A DNA stretch of 64,000 nucleotides from Bacteroidales bacterium (GCA_032260385.1 JAVVEL010000004.1:9111-73110), one strand, 5' to 3'. Shown: positions 9,707 to 20,676, counted from the stretch's first letter. Translations and numbers: made by a program. The notes: generated by a model from the letters alone, not told the origin.

Positions 9707-10621
9707 ATGAATAAGGCTGACTTTATAAATATTATTAAGGAGCATAAGGTTTTGTCTGATAATGAATTCAATGATGTTTACAGGATCAGTAAAAATTACC
9801 CTTATTTTCAGTCAGCTTACGTAATCCTCCTTAATTCCCTGTACAGGAAGAATGATATTGAATTTACGGAGAAATTAAAGGAAGCCGTTATTTATGTTGC
9901 CGACAGGGAAGTACTCTATTATTTGTTAAATTCTGAAAAATGGATTTCATCTGAAGGGGGCAGGGAAGACCGGGAGAAAGAGCCTGGTCCGGAACAGCCT
10001 GATGAGGGACAGGATAATGAGGAAATACTGGATACGGAAAAAGTAGAGGACACGGAAGCAGATGCCGGTAAAAGGGTTTATGAATATGAACCTGTGTCAG
10101 GCAAATCGCGCGAGGAATTGATAAGGGAGATACAGAATCGCCTTAATGAAATAAGCGGTCTGGATATCCTGCAGATAGACGAATCGGAAGGTGACCGTGA
10201 AGTGGTACCTGAAGGTGAAAACGGCAACCTGGATGATTATATCATTCCAGATGACAATGATTTGCTTGATCTCGACCTCGACCCTGAGCCTAATGATCAT
10301 AAAGGAGAGAAAGAGGCCGGTGATCAGAATAAAAGAACTTTTACTGATGAGGATGAACTGGTTGACAGGTTCATCAATGCTAACCCGAGGATTGAGCCAA
10401 GGACAGGCAGTGATGATAAACAGCAGGAAGATATCTCTGCCAGGAGCGGTGAAGAGTCACCCCAGCTCGTATCCGAAACACTTGCAAGCATTTATCTTTC
10501 CCAGGCCTACTATTCAAAGGCCATTAGTATTTATGAGAAATTAAGTTTGAAATATCCGGAAAAAAGTACTTACTTTGCGTCGCAAATTGAAAAGATAAAA
10601 GAGATACTAAAAACTGATTAG
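9707..10621 (+). CDS. hypothetical protein with a long acidic low-complexity core and a TPR-like C-terminus
   Basis: 304 aa. The central ~170 aa are D/E-rich (EGDREVVPEGENGNLDDYIIPDDNDLLDLDLDPEPND). The C-terminus YLSQAYYSKAISIYEKLSLKYPEKSTYF looks like a TPR. Confidence 0.6.
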   Translation: MNKADFINIIKEHKVLSDNEFNDVYRISKNYPYFQSAYVILLNSLYRKNDIEFTEKLKEAVIYVADREVLYYLLNSEKWISSEGGREDREKEPGPEQPDEGQDNEEILDTEKVEDTEADAGKRVYEYEPVSGKSREELIREIQNRLNEISGLDILQIDESEGDREVVPEGENGNLDDYIIPDDNDLLDLDLDPEPNDHKGEKEAGDQNKRTFTDEDELVDRFINANPRIEPRTGSDDKQQEDISARSGEESPQLVSETLASIYLSQAYYSKAISIYEKLSLKYPEKSTYFASQIEKIKEILKTD

Positions 10622-10972
10622 ATGGGTATATACGTTTTTATTTCAATTATAGTGATTATTGCCTGTGTTCTCCAGGTAATGGTAGTGCTTGTACAGAATT
10701 CAAAAGGAGGTGGGCTGGCTGCAAATTTTACTTCCACGGGTCAGTCAATGGGAGTCAGAAAGACAGCTGATTTTCTTGAGAAAGCTACCTGGACCCTTGC
10801 AGCAATTATCCTCTTACTTAGCATTGTCTCCACGGCAGCCATACCTCATGGCGTTGAGGAAGAAGCGTCCAGAATACAGGACCAGATTGAAAATGCTGTT
10901 GATCCTACTGCCATACCTAACCTTCCAACAGCTATCCCTGACCAGGGAAGTGGCAACCAGCAGGAAGATTAA
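10622..10972 (+). CDS. secG: preprotein translocase subunit SecG
   Basis: It has two TM helices and the conserved VLVQNSKGGGLAANF...GVRKTADFLEK motif. Confidence 0.85.
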   Translation: MGIYVFISIIVIIACVLQVMVVLVQNSKGGGLAANFTSTGQSMGVRKTADFLEKATWTLAAIILLLSIVSTAAIPHGVEEEASRIQDQIENAVDPTAIPNLPTAIPDQGSGNQQED

Positions 10973-10993
10973 TAAAATATATTGAACAATAAA

Positions 10994-11027
10994 ATGTCAG
11001 TTTGTCACCAGACTGACATTTTTTTTG
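10994..11027 (+). terminator. intrinsic terminator after secG
   Basis: ATGTCAGT-(10 nt)-ACTGACAT is a perfect 8-bp stem followed by TTTTTTTG. Confidence 0.75.
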
Positions 11028-11126
11028 CAATTATGACGCAGATGATCAGGAAAAATGACAGAAATATTGTTTGGCACAAATTCTGTGAAATAATGATGTT
11101 GATAAAATTAATGTTTAACAAATCAA

Positions 11127-11414
11127 ATGAATAAAATGGCAAAATTAAAAGGTAAAATACTGGCAGGTAAAGTACTTGTTAAGCCTCATGAGGCAGAAGA
11201 GAAAACTGCAAGCGGCATCATTATCCCTGACAGTGCTAAGGAAAAACCACAGCAGGGAACCATAGTACTGGTTGGTGCAGCAAAGAAAGACGAAGAGATG
11301 GAGGTAAAATCCGGCGATGTAGTTCTCTATGGTAAATATGCAGGACAGGAATTAAACATTGAAGGTGAAGATTACCTTTTGATGTCTCAAAGTGATATAT
11401 TATACATAGCATAA
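11127..11414 (+). CDS. groES: co-chaperonin GroES
   Basis: [32 protein letters not shown]...[13 protein letters not shown]. The start may be the ATG at 11136. Confidence 0.95.
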   Translation: MNKMAKLKGKILAGKVLVKPHEAEEKTASGIIIPDSAKEKPQQGTIVLVGAAKKDEEMEVKSGDVVLYGKYAGQELNIEGEDYLLMSQSDILYIA

Positions 11415-11423
11415 ACATAATAA

Positions 11424-13073
<1,650 letters not shown>

Positions 13074-13104
13074 TAAATGAAGTTTATTTTGAATTTTTCT
13101 ATAT

Positions 13105-13145
13105 GCAGGGACCTTGTTCAAACAAGATCCCTGCTTTTATCTTTA
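13105..13145 (+). terminator. intrinsic terminator after groEL
   Basis: GCAGGGACCTTGTT-CA-AACAAGATCCCTGC is a long hairpin followed by TTTTATCTTT. Confidence 0.8.
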
Positions 13146-13241
13146 CTGCTTGTCAGGCCTCCTGGCTCACTCCACTTCTTCTTAGCACATTCTCAACTCA
13201 CTCTTCTTCTCAACCCACTCTCAACTTATCCAACTATTAAT

Positions 13242-13249
13242 TATATTTG
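13242..13249 (+). promoter_or_regulatory. candidate -7 promoter box (TAnnTTTG) for lepA
   Basis: TATATTTG(CGC) lies 19 nt upstream of the first in-frame ATG at 13268. Confidence 0.45.
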
Positions 13250-13267
13250 CGCTTAATCTGAGGAAGG

Positions 13268-15064
13268 ATGCGAACAATGAATAATATACGGAATTTCTGT
13301 ATTATAGCTCATATCGATCACGGGAAAAGTACCCTGGCTGACAGGTTGCTTGAGGAAACTGACACACTGAGTGAAAGAGACAGGAAAGACCAGGTTCTGG
13401 ACAATATGGACCTGGAGAGGGAGAGAGGTATAACCATTAAGAGCCATGCCATACAGATGAAGTATATTTGCCATGGAGATGAATATGTACTTAACCTTAT
13501 TGATACCCCCGGGCACGTTGATTTCTCCTATGAAGTATCAAGGTCGATAGCGGCATGTGAAGGAGCGCTGCTTGTTGTTGACGCCACACAGGGGATACAG
13601 GCGCAGACGATATCAAACCTGTATATGGCTGTCGATCATAACCTCGAGGTGATACCAGTGCTGAACAAAATGGATATGGCCAGCGCCATGCCTGATGAGG
13701 TTAAAGACCAGATTGTAGATCTTCTGGGCTGCAGCAGGGAAGATATTATAGAAGCCAGTGCCAAAACAGGCATGGGGGTCAAGGCCATCCTTGAAAGGAT
13801 AGTAACTTCAGTCCCTGCACCGGAAGGAGATCCGGAAGCACCACTTCAGGCACTGATCTTTGATTCGGTATTTAATTCCTTCAGGGGAATAATTGCCTAT
13901 TTTAAGATAGTAAACGGAACTCTGAGAACAGGTGACCTTGTTAAATTTTACAATACCGGGAAAAAATACAATGCAGATGAAATTGGTGTTCTTAAAATAA
14001 AGCAGGAGCCCCGGGAGTTTTTAAGCGCCGGTAATGTGGGATATATTATTTCCGGGATAAAAGAATCCAGGGAAGTCAAGGTGGGGGATACCATCACTCA
14101 TTTTGAAAGACCATGTGAGAAAGGAATAGAAGGCTTTGAAAATGTGAAGCCTATGGTTTTTGCAGGAATATATCCTGTTGATGCTGATGATTATGAGGAC
14201 CTCCGGTCGTCTATCGAAAAACTGCAGTTGAATGATGCCTCACTTTCTTTCATTCCTGAATCATCAGCTGCCCTGGGCTTTGGTTTCAGGTGTGGTTTCC
14301 TCGGGCTTCTGCATATGGAGATTATACAGGAAAGGCTCGACAGGGAGTTTGATATGGATGTTATTACCACCGTACCCAATGTTTCCTATAATGTATACAC
14401 CACTTCAGGTGAAATGATTGAGGTGCACAATCCATCTGGCTTACCTCCCGTGACAAATATTGACAGGATTGAAGAACCATATATAATTGCCCAGATAATT
14501 ACCAAGTCGGAATATGTGGGTAATATAATGACCCTGTGCATTGATAAGCGGGGAACCTTCAAAAACCAGGTCTACCTGACGAGTGACAGGGTGGAAATTA
14601 CTTTTGAACTGCCGCTTGCTGAAATAGTTTTTGATTTTTATGATAAGTTAAAGAGCCTGTCGCGGGGCTATGCTTCTTTCGACTATCACTACTCATCCTA
14701 CGTAAAGGCAGACCTGGTAAGGCTTGACATCCTGCTTAACGGCGAGATGGTAGATGCCCTTTCAACCCTTATCTTCAGGGGACATTCGTATGACTTCGGG
14801 CGGAGGATGTGTGTTAAGCTGAAGGAACTGATACCACGGCAGCAATTCGATATAGCCATCCAGGCAGCCATAGGGGCAAAAATAATAGCCCGCGAGACCG
14901 TTAAGGCTGTCAGAAAAGATGTTACGGCCAAATGCTATGGAGGGGATATCACCAGAAAGAGGAAACTGCTTGAAAAACAAAAGAAAGGAAAGAAGCGTAT
15001 GCGACAGGTTGGTAATGTTGAAGTACCCCAGCAGGCCTTCCTGGCAGTTCTTAAGATGGATTGA
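13268..15064 (+). CDS. lepA: translation elongation factor 4 (LepA)
   Basis: [32 protein letters not shown], and a LepA C-terminal domain ([25 protein letters not shown]). Confidence 0.97.
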   Translation: MRTMNNIRNFCIIAHIDHGKSTLADRLLEETDTLSERDRKDQVLDNMDLERERGITIKSHAIQMKYICHGDEYVLNLIDTPGHVDFSYEVSRSIAACEGALLVVDATQGIQAQTISNLYMAVDHNLEVIPVLNKMDMASAMPDEVKDQIVDLLGCSREDIIEASAKTGMGVKAILERIVTSVPAPEGDPEAPLQALIFDSVFNSFRGIIAYFKIVNGTLRTGDLVKFYNTGKKYNADEIGVLKIKQEPREFLSAGNVGYIISGIKESREVKVGDTITHFERPCEKGIEGFENVKPMVFAGIYPVDADDYEDLRSSIEKLQLNDASLSFIPESSAALGFGFRCGFLGLLHMEIIQERLDREFDMDVITTVPNVSYNVYTTSGEMIEVHNPSGLPPVTNIDRIEEPYIIAQIITKSEYVGNIMTLCIDKRGTFKNQVYLTSDRVEITFELPLAEIVFDFYDKLKSLSRGYASFDYHYSSYVKADLVRLDILLNGEMVDALSTLIFRGHSYDFGRRMCVKLKELIPRQQFDIAIQAAIGAKIIARETVKAVRKDVTAKCYGGDITRKRKLLEKQKKGKKRMRQVGNVEVPQQAFLAVLKMD

Positions 15065-15075
15065 CAGTAGCTCTG

Positions 15076-15756
15076 CTATTCACACAGAAGCCTGTAGCCC
15101 TTACCGTGAATATTTAATATGGTTATTGAAGGGTCTGTTTTGAGATACTTCCTTAGCTTGGTGATGTATACATCCATGCTCCGGGCATTGAAATAATTAT
15201 CATCGACCCATATTGTTCGCAGGGCATAATTTCTTTCAAGCACCTCATTCTTGTTCTGACACAGTAGTTTAAGTAATTCTGATTCTTTCGTTGTCAGCTT
15301 TTGTAATCCCTCATCTGAATCAAGTATCTGCGTACGCGGATAAAAAGTAAATTTTCCAAGCTTATATTCATCAGCCTCTTCATCAGTGAATGATTTTGTC
15401 CTTCTCAGGATAGCCTCTATCCTGTATAAGAGCTCCTCCATGGAGAAGGGTTTTGTAATATAATCATCGGCACCCACCGAAAATCCCTCCAGTTTGTCCC
15501 TTTCCAGTGATTTGGCCGTTAAGAAGATAAAAGGAACATCTTTCTCAATTTTCCTTATCTTCTTTGCAAGGCTTATTCCATCAATTTCGGGCAGCATGAT
15601 GTCAAGCAGGCAGAGATCAAAAGTTTCTGTTCTGAAGGTGTCAAGTGCTTTCTGACCATCGGTCAGATGTACCACCCTGTAGTCTTTTGCTTCCAGGTAA
15701 TCGGTGAGCAGTGTCCCGAGATTAGTGTCATCTTCAGCTAATAATATTTTTGCCAT
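15076..15756 (-). CDS. OmpR-family response regulator (RprY-like)
   Basis: It has a receiver domain (ILLAEDD...DLCLLDIMLP...LTAK) and a winged-helix output (LTTKESELLKLL...DVYITKLRKYL...IHGKGYRL). Confidence 0.9.
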   Translation of the reverse strand: MAKILLAEDDTNLGTLLTDYLEAKDYRVVHLTDGQKALDTFRTETFDLCLLDIMLPEIDGISLAKKIRKIEKDVPFIFLTAKSLERDKLEGFSVGADDYITKPFSMEELLYRIEAILRRTKSFTDEEADEYKLGKFTFYPRTQILDSDEGLQKLTTKESELLKLLCQNKNEVLERNYALRTIWVDDNYFNARSMDVYITKLRKYLKTDPSITILNIHGKGYRLLCE

Positions 15757-15758
15757 GG

Positions 15759-17306
15759 TCAGTTGTGTTTAGGAAAACTGATATTAAAGCGTGTTCCCCT
15801 GTTAATCTGGCTGTAAACGGAGATGCTGCCATTATGTTCTTCAACTATTTTTTTAACGTAGCTAAGTCCCAGTCCAAAGCCTTTAACCTTATGAATATTC
15901 CCTGTGGGAACCCTGTAAAATTTATCGAAAATTTTTTTGATGTCATCTTTTTTCATTCCAATGCCATTATCTGATATTGAAAGTGTCAGCTGCTTCTCGT
16001 CATCAGTTGTTTTTATTTTAATCTCAGGACTGCCATTTGAATATTTTATTGCATTATCAAGCAGGTTGGAAATCATGTTAAACACATGTGTTTCATCTAT
16101 TTTAAGCCGGGATTCCTTTGCATTGAGCTCTCTTAAGCACATTCCTCCGGTATCAGAAATCTGTAACCTGAAATTATCAATGGCATTATTTATTATGCGG
16201 TGTATATCTGTGTCGACCATCTTCAGCTTCATTGTTCCTCTTTCAAAGGCAGAGGTCTGGAGAACTTTTTCGACCTGGTATTTGAGTCTTAATGATTCAT
16301 CGTTAAGGATGCCGGCTATCTTGTCCAGGTTTTTCTTGTTGTTTGATATACTGGTATCACCTATCATCTGGGAAGCAAGAGATATAGTGGATATGGGTGT
16401 TTTCAGCTCATGAGTCATATTATTTATAAAGTCATTGCGGATTTCTGAGATCCTTTTCTGCCTCAGGATTATCAAAATATTGCTGACGGTGAAAACAATA
16501 AGGAAAAGAGTCACAATAATTGAAGAAATACCCATGAAACCAATCTGCCTGAACAGGTAATTCTTTTCCCTCGGGAAGTAAAGGTAAATCATATTCTGTC
16601 CCGGTACAGGATCATTTGGGAATAATTGCCTGATATATTTGTTTGCATCCGAGCCCATATCAAAGCCGTCACTGCTGTAAATGGGAGTGCCTGAGGAAGT
16701 AATTGCAAATTCATGATCGAGGGATATTCCAAGCCTTCCCAGCATCTGGTCAATCTGGTCATTTACCCTTTCAGGATCGACACGCTCCGATAGTTCCGGG
16801 GTTTCGGCTAATATTTTGCCCATAATACTTTCAAGCAATACCGTTTTGTTAGTAAGCCTGTCATTGATGCCTGCCCTGAGGCTTTGTGATGACAGTTCGG
16901 GTATTTCTTCTTCCGGATAAAAAAATTCATCATCCGAATAAAAAAGTATTTTTTGACCTTCCCTGCTTATTGTCAGGGAGGCTATAACATCATTGTGATC
17001 TTCAAGGAGGGGTATGTTCGATTCAGACCTGTATCCACGCAACTGCCGTGCGAGGGCCGACCTGGAAGGGACGATTGCAACAACTGAATCGACCAGGGGC
17101 ATATCAATCTCCTCAACTATCCTCTCAATTGTTTCCTGCTGTTCCATGTCAAGCACCACAGCATCCAGGGCATTGTTGACATATACCCTGAATTGCTGGT
17201 TTTTTGCCTCTATAGAATTGTTTATCCAGTATAACTGAATCAGTATCAGCCCCGACAGGACTAAAGAGATAATAACAGCAAGTATTATGATGGTCTTCTT
17301 CTTCAT
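15759..17306 (-). CDS. sensor histidine kinase (two TM helices, HisKA plus HATPase_c)
   Basis: It has the H-box FINNMTHELKTPIS, the N-box LLDNAIKYS, and G-boxes DNGIGM and GFGLGLSYV. Its stop lies 2 nt upstream of the regulator start. Confidence 0.9.
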   Translation of the reverse strand: MKKKTIIILAVIISLVLSGLILIQLYWINNSIEAKNQQFRVYVNNALDAVVLDMEQQETIERIVEEIDMPLVDSVVAIVPSRSALARQLRGYRSESNIPLLEDHNDVIASLTISREGQKILFYSDDEFFYPEEEIPELSSQSLRAGINDRLTNKTVLLESIMGKILAETPELSERVDPERVNDQIDQMLGRLGISLDHEFAITSSGTPIYSSDGFDMGSDANKYIRQLFPNDPVPGQNMIYLYFPREKNYLFRQIGFMGISSIIVTLFLIVFTVSNILIILRQKRISEIRNDFINNMTHELKTPISTISLASQMIGDTSISNNKKNLDKIAGILNDESLRLKYQVEKVLQTSAFERGTMKLKMVDTDIHRIINNAIDNFRLQISDTGGMCLRELNAKESRLKIDETHVFNMISNLLDNAIKYSNGSPEIKIKTTDDEKQLTLSISDNGIGMKKDDIKKIFDKFYRVPTGNIHKVKGFGLGLSYVKKIVEEHNGSISVYSQINRGTRFNISFPKHN

Positions 17307-17360
17307 TTATTATCCGTATACCCTCTGTACCTTCACTGTTTTACAGTACTCATTTTAATA

Positions 17361-17368
17361 CAAAAGTA
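17361..17368 (-). promoter_or_regulatory. candidate -7 promoter box (TAnnTTTG) for the kinase/regulator operon
   Basis: The minus strand reads TACTTTTG, 55 nt upstream of the ATG at 17306. Confidence 0.4.
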
Positions 17369-17592
17369 TTTCATCAAATTAACATTAAGCTCTTTTTAAC
17401 TTAATTTAACGTCATTTTAAGATCTTTTCAAAACAGTTTAATGCCAATGGTACAACTTTTGCTCCATCTATTATGAAAAAGCTCTTTGAAAATTGAAAAT
17501 AATCAAAAAATCTAATGATCTTCAAGATTGGCACAATATTTGATTTGTTTTTGATGAGGTTTTTTTCATAGGTTAGATTAGTTAGTTTTTGG

Positions 17593-17636
17593 GTTAAGAA
17601 AGGTTATGGAGGTGAGCCATCACCTCCTTTCTTAAC
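17593..17636 (+). other. strong hairpin pairing an SD sequence with an anti-SD (16S 3'-tail) mimic
   Basis: GTTAAGAAA[GGTTAT]GGAGGTGA-GCCA-TCACCTCC-TTTCTTAAC gives 8 bp plus 9 bp of perfect pairing. ATCACCTCCTTTCT (17619-17632) equals the conserved 16S rRNA 3' terminus. Confidence 0.6.
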
Positions 17637-17691
17637 AAAACCAGAGGTACACTTTTCATAACTTAGGTTTTAGGTTTTAGGGTTAGTTAAG

Positions 17692-17727
17692 AATGAGCGG
17701 ATAATAACTATTCGCTCATTTTTATTT
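17692..17727 (+). terminator. plus-strand intrinsic terminator in the gap between two minus-strand genes
   Basis: AATGAGCG-(13 nt)-CGCTCATT is an 8-bp stem followed by TTTTTATTT on the plus strand. On the minus strand the hairpin is followed by TCTTAACTAACCC, with no U-tract. Confidence 0.6.
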
Positions 17728-17752
17728 GGATATAGAGCCTGAAATCTTCCGT

Positions 17753-18190
17753 TCACGGCATAATTTGAAGAACAGAATTATCTATTTGAGTTTCTTTATC
17801 GAGTTTAAAAACCCCTGTTATTTCCCTTATTTGCCTTATTTTTCCTATAATCCTATCTGTGCTTTCAGCCGCGCTCAGGCTTTTAATTCTTAAAATATAA
17901 TCAATTGAAGGAATTTTAGGAATGAGTTTGTCGTTACCTGAGTCGTTGCTAATCAGTTCATACAGGGTTTCACTATATCTTGATTCCGAAGTAAATCTTG
18001 AGAAATTGCTTTCTCTTAAATTAAGGTTCCTTACCACAGGGGTATTGCTCTTTAAGTTCAGACCCAGCTCCTTATTAAGCAGGAGAGATACCCTGTAATC
18101 GGCTTCAGCCGATGCCAGCCCGAGATAGACATCAGAATCATGGTCCGTAGCACTGAGCTTATGTCTGATTTTTTTTTGTGGAGTTTTCAT
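17753..18190 (-). CDS. conserved Bacteroidota hypothetical protein (IPExxxVDY-family-like)
   Basis: 145 aa. It contains IPKIPSIDY, which matches the IPExxxVDY pattern. It is the last gene of the acpP-fabF-rnc string. The family assignment is from memory. Confidence 0.5.
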   Translation of the reverse strand: MKTPQKKIRHKLSATDHDSDVYLGLASAEADYRVSLLLNKELGLNLKSNTPVVRNLNLRESNFSRFTSESRYSETLYELISNDSGNDKLIPKIPSIDYILRIKSLSAAESTDRIIGKIRQIREITGVFKLDKETQIDNSVLQIMP

Positions 18191-18232
18191 AATCCGGCTT
18201 AATTGCCACTTAAAGGTAGTAAAAAATCAAGG

Positions 18233-18973
18233 TTAAGCAAGAGAACTGCTCTGATTGATTTTTCCCAGTGCATGGAGCGAAGCCTTTTGTTCGGCTTCTT
18301 TTTTTGAAGTGCCGGTACCATTTCCAAACACTTCATGGTCAATACTTAAAACTGTGGTGAAGACAGCTTTTTTTTCATTGAAATCATAATCTTCATTGTA
18401 GTTAAAACTGATCTGCCTTTTCATTTTTTGGGCCCACTGGAAGACCTGGCTTTTATAATCGGTTTCAGTGTTAATAACACTGTTAAGATCAATATGATCT
18501 GATAATATATGCCTGATGATGAATTTTTTTGTGTCTGAATATCCTTTATCAATGAAGAGTGCCCCGATAAGGGCCTCAAGTGCATCACCATATATGTTTT
18601 TCGAGTTGCTATTTACATGGCTTATCAGGAGACTGTCAAGCTTCATTGAAAGGGCAAGCTTATTAAGGGTGCTCCTGTTGGCAAGCCTCGATCTCAGCTT
18701 GGTCAGCTCACCTTCGGGTGCTTCAGGGTAAAGCCTGAAGAGGTATTCAGAAAGGACCATGTCAAGGACGGCATCACCAAGGTATTCAAGTCGTTCATTA
18801 TTGATATTCCCTCCTTCCGGTATTTCGGAAGTCGCAGAACGATGAATCAGGGCAATTTCATAAATGCCGGGTCTTGAGGGTTTGAATCCCAGTATCTTTT
18901 TAAGGTCGGAGCGAAAGGCCTTTTTATCAAGGATTTTTGTGTTTTTCCTGTTTATCCTGTGATTCCCTGACAC
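18233..18973 (-). CDS. rnc: ribonuclease III
   Basis: It has the RNase III signature NERLEYLGDAVLD and a C-terminal dsRBD (GTGTSKKEAEQKASLHAL). Confidence 0.9.
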   Translation of the reverse strand: MSGNHRINRKNTKILDKKAFRSDLKKILGFKPSRPGIYEIALIHRSATSEIPEGGNINNERLEYLGDAVLDMVLSEYLFRLYPEAPEGELTKLRSRLANRSTLNKLALSMKLDSLLISHVNSNSKNIYGDALEALIGALFIDKGYSDTKKFIIRHILSDHIDLNSVINTETDYKSQVFQWAQKMKRQISFNYNEDYDFNEKKAVFTTVLSIDHEVFGNGTGTSKKEAEQKASLHALGKINQSSSLA

Positions 18974-18981
18974 ACCTCTTA

Positions 18982-20223
18982 TCAGATTTTCTTTATTATA
19001 ATAGAAGCATTATGTCCCCCGAAGCCAAAGGTATTGCTGATAGCACTGGAAATTTCTCTTTCCTGCGCCCTGTTTACGGTAAGATTCAGTTTCCGGTCAA
19101 TATCTGGATCAGGACTTGTCAGGTTAATGGTGGGTGGAACAATACTGTTTTGCATTGCCAGTATAGCGGCAATGGCTTCAATGGCCCCGGCAGCTCCCAG
19201 CAGGTGCCCGGTCATAGATTTGGTGGCGCTGATATTCATTTTATAGGCATACTCACCAAAAAGATTAACTATGGCCCTTGTTTCGGAAATATCACCCAGG
19301 GGTGTTGCAGTTCCATGGACGTTGATGTAATCGATGTCTTCCTTCCTGAGGCCTGATTCTTCAAGGGCAATTTTCATAACCTTGTATGCTCCTATTCCTT
19401 CAGGATGGGGGGCTGTGATATGATAGGCATCAGCAGTCATTCCTGTTCCGCAAATCTCACCGTATATCTTTGCACCGCGGGCTTTTGCATGGTCATAATC
19501 TTCAATAATGAGGGCACCTCCACCTTCCCCCATTACAAAACCATCACGGGTAAGATCCATGGGCCTTGAAGCAGTTTTATACTCCTCATTATTTGTCGAC
19601 ATAGCCTGCATTGAATTGAAACCGCCAATCCCGGCCTGTGTGATGGCAGCTTCAGATCCCCCTGTTATAAAAAGGTTTGCCTTACCCAGTTTTATCAGGT
19701 TAAAGGCATCGATAATGGCATGTGTCGATGAGGCACACGCTGATACGGTACCATAATTAGGGCCCTGGTAACCATACTTGATGGATATATGGCCCGCAGC
19801 AATGTCAGAAATCATCTTGGGAATAAAAAAGGGGCTGAAACGGGGAACCCCGTCCCCCGTAACAAACCCTGCAATTTCATTCAGAAAGGTCTCTATGCCT
19901 CCAATACCTGAAGCCCATATCACCCCAGCCTTATCCTTATCTATTTTTTCGTGCTCAAGGCCCGAGTCATTCATTGCTTCCGCAGCGGCAATAAGGGCAT
20001 ACTGGGCATAAACATCCAGCTTACGAGCTTCCTTCCGGTCAAAATAATCAACAGAGTTATAGTTTTTGATCTCACAGGCAAACCTTGTTTTGAACTTTTC
20101 AGCATCAAAACGGGTGATCCAGTCCGATCCACTGGTACCGGATTTCAAACCCGCCCAGTATTCTTCAATATTCTTCCCGATCGGAGTTATGGCTCCAATA
20201 CCAGTAACTACAACCCTTTTCAT
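18982..20223 (-). CDS. fabF: beta-ketoacyl-ACP synthase II
   Basis: MKRVVVTGIGAITPIG, active-site VSACASSTHAI, HGTATPLGD and NTFGFGGHN. I prefer the ATG at 20223 over the upstream ATG at 20250. Confidence 0.95.
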   Translation of the reverse strand: MKRVVVTGIGAITPIGKNIEEYWAGLKSGTSGSDWITRFDAEKFKTRFACEIKNYNSVDYFDRKEARKLDVYAQYALIAAAEAMNDSGLEHEKIDKDKAGVIWASGIGGIETFLNEIAGFVTGDGVPRFSPFFIPKMISDIAAGHISIKYGYQGPNYGTVSACASSTHAIIDAFNLIKLGKANLFITGGSEAAITQAGIGGFNSMQAMSTNNEEYKTASRPMDLTRDGFVMGEGGGALIIEDYDHAKARGAKIYGEICGTGMTADAYHITAPHPEGIGAYKVMKIALEESGLRKEDIDYINVHGTATPLGDISETRAIVNLFGEYAYKMNISATKSMTGHLLGAAGAIEAIAAILAMQNSIVPPTINLTSPDPDIDRKLNLTVNRAQEREISSAISNTFGFGGHNASIIIKKI

Positions 20224-20252
20224 GTGTTTTTGATTTCTCTGCTTATGCAAGT

Positions 20253-20489
20253 TTATTTTGCATTTTCCTCGATGTACTTAATGGCTTCACCAACAGTGCT
20301 GATGTTTTCTGCCTGATCATCAGGAATTCCCATATTGAATTCCTTTTCAAACTCCATGATAAGCTCAACAGTGTCAAGAGAATCAGCACCCAGATCGTTA
20401 GTAAAACTAGCTTCAGGGGTTACCTCTGACTCGTCAACTCCTAACTTGTCAACGATGATCTCTTTTACTTTTGCTGCAATATCAGACAT
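20253..20489 (-). CDS. acpP: acyl carrier protein
   Basis: 78 aa with the phosphopantetheine site [17 protein letters not shown]. Confidence 0.95.
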   Translation of the reverse strand: MSDIAAKVKEIIVDKLGVDESEVTPEASFTNDLGADSLDTVELIMEFEKEFNMGIPDDQAENISTVGEAIKYIEENAK

Positions 20490-20539
20490 AATCTCAAATT
20501 TTGGTTAATAATAATTAATTTTAAAACCTTGCAAAGAAA

Positions 20540-20547
20540 TATATTTG
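20540..20547 (+). promoter_or_regulatory. candidate -7 promoter box (TAnnTTTG), possibly for purN
   Basis: TATATTTG(CGC) has the same extended sequence as the lepA box, but it is 130 nt upstream of the purN ATG. Confidence 0.3.
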
Positions 20548-20676
20548 CGCAATATTATTCAAACAAATTTTAAAATATTTATTGGAAATATACGATATTT
20601 TATTGATATTCAACTGAATAAACATATTTTTTATTGATGAGTTCATACGCTGTACTATTTATGTAAAAAACAGATA

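Larger units (their letters stand above)
17550..17727 (+). ncRNA. candidate small RNA; the 5' end is a guess and the 3' end is set by the terminator
   Basis: The 446-bp gap has no ORF of 60 aa or more. A plus-strand intrinsic terminator sits at 17692-17727 although both flanking genes are on the minus strand. A strong internal hairpin lies at 17593-17636. A partial sigma-54 -24/-12 element, TGGCAC-N5-TTGA, lies at 17529-17543. Confidence 0.25.

Noticed and set aside
11072-11086. I considered TGGCAC-AAATT-CTGT upstream of groES as a sigma-54 promoter.
   Set aside because: The -24 half is perfect but the -12 GC dinucleotide is absent at any spacing of N4-N6. The match is insufficient, so it is kept only as a note inside the sigma-54 finding.
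10973-11126. I looked for a CIRCE (HrcA) operator upstream of groES.
   Set aside because: No TTAGCACTC-N9-GAGTGCTAA-like inverted repeat is present. The only strong inverted repeat there is the secG terminator.
17663-17688. I noticed a telomere-like microrepeat, TTAGGTTT TAGGTTTT AGGGTTAG.
   Set aside because: It has only about 3 imperfect units in an AT-rich spacer, with no evidence of function. It is probably low-complexity slippage inside the candidate sRNA region.
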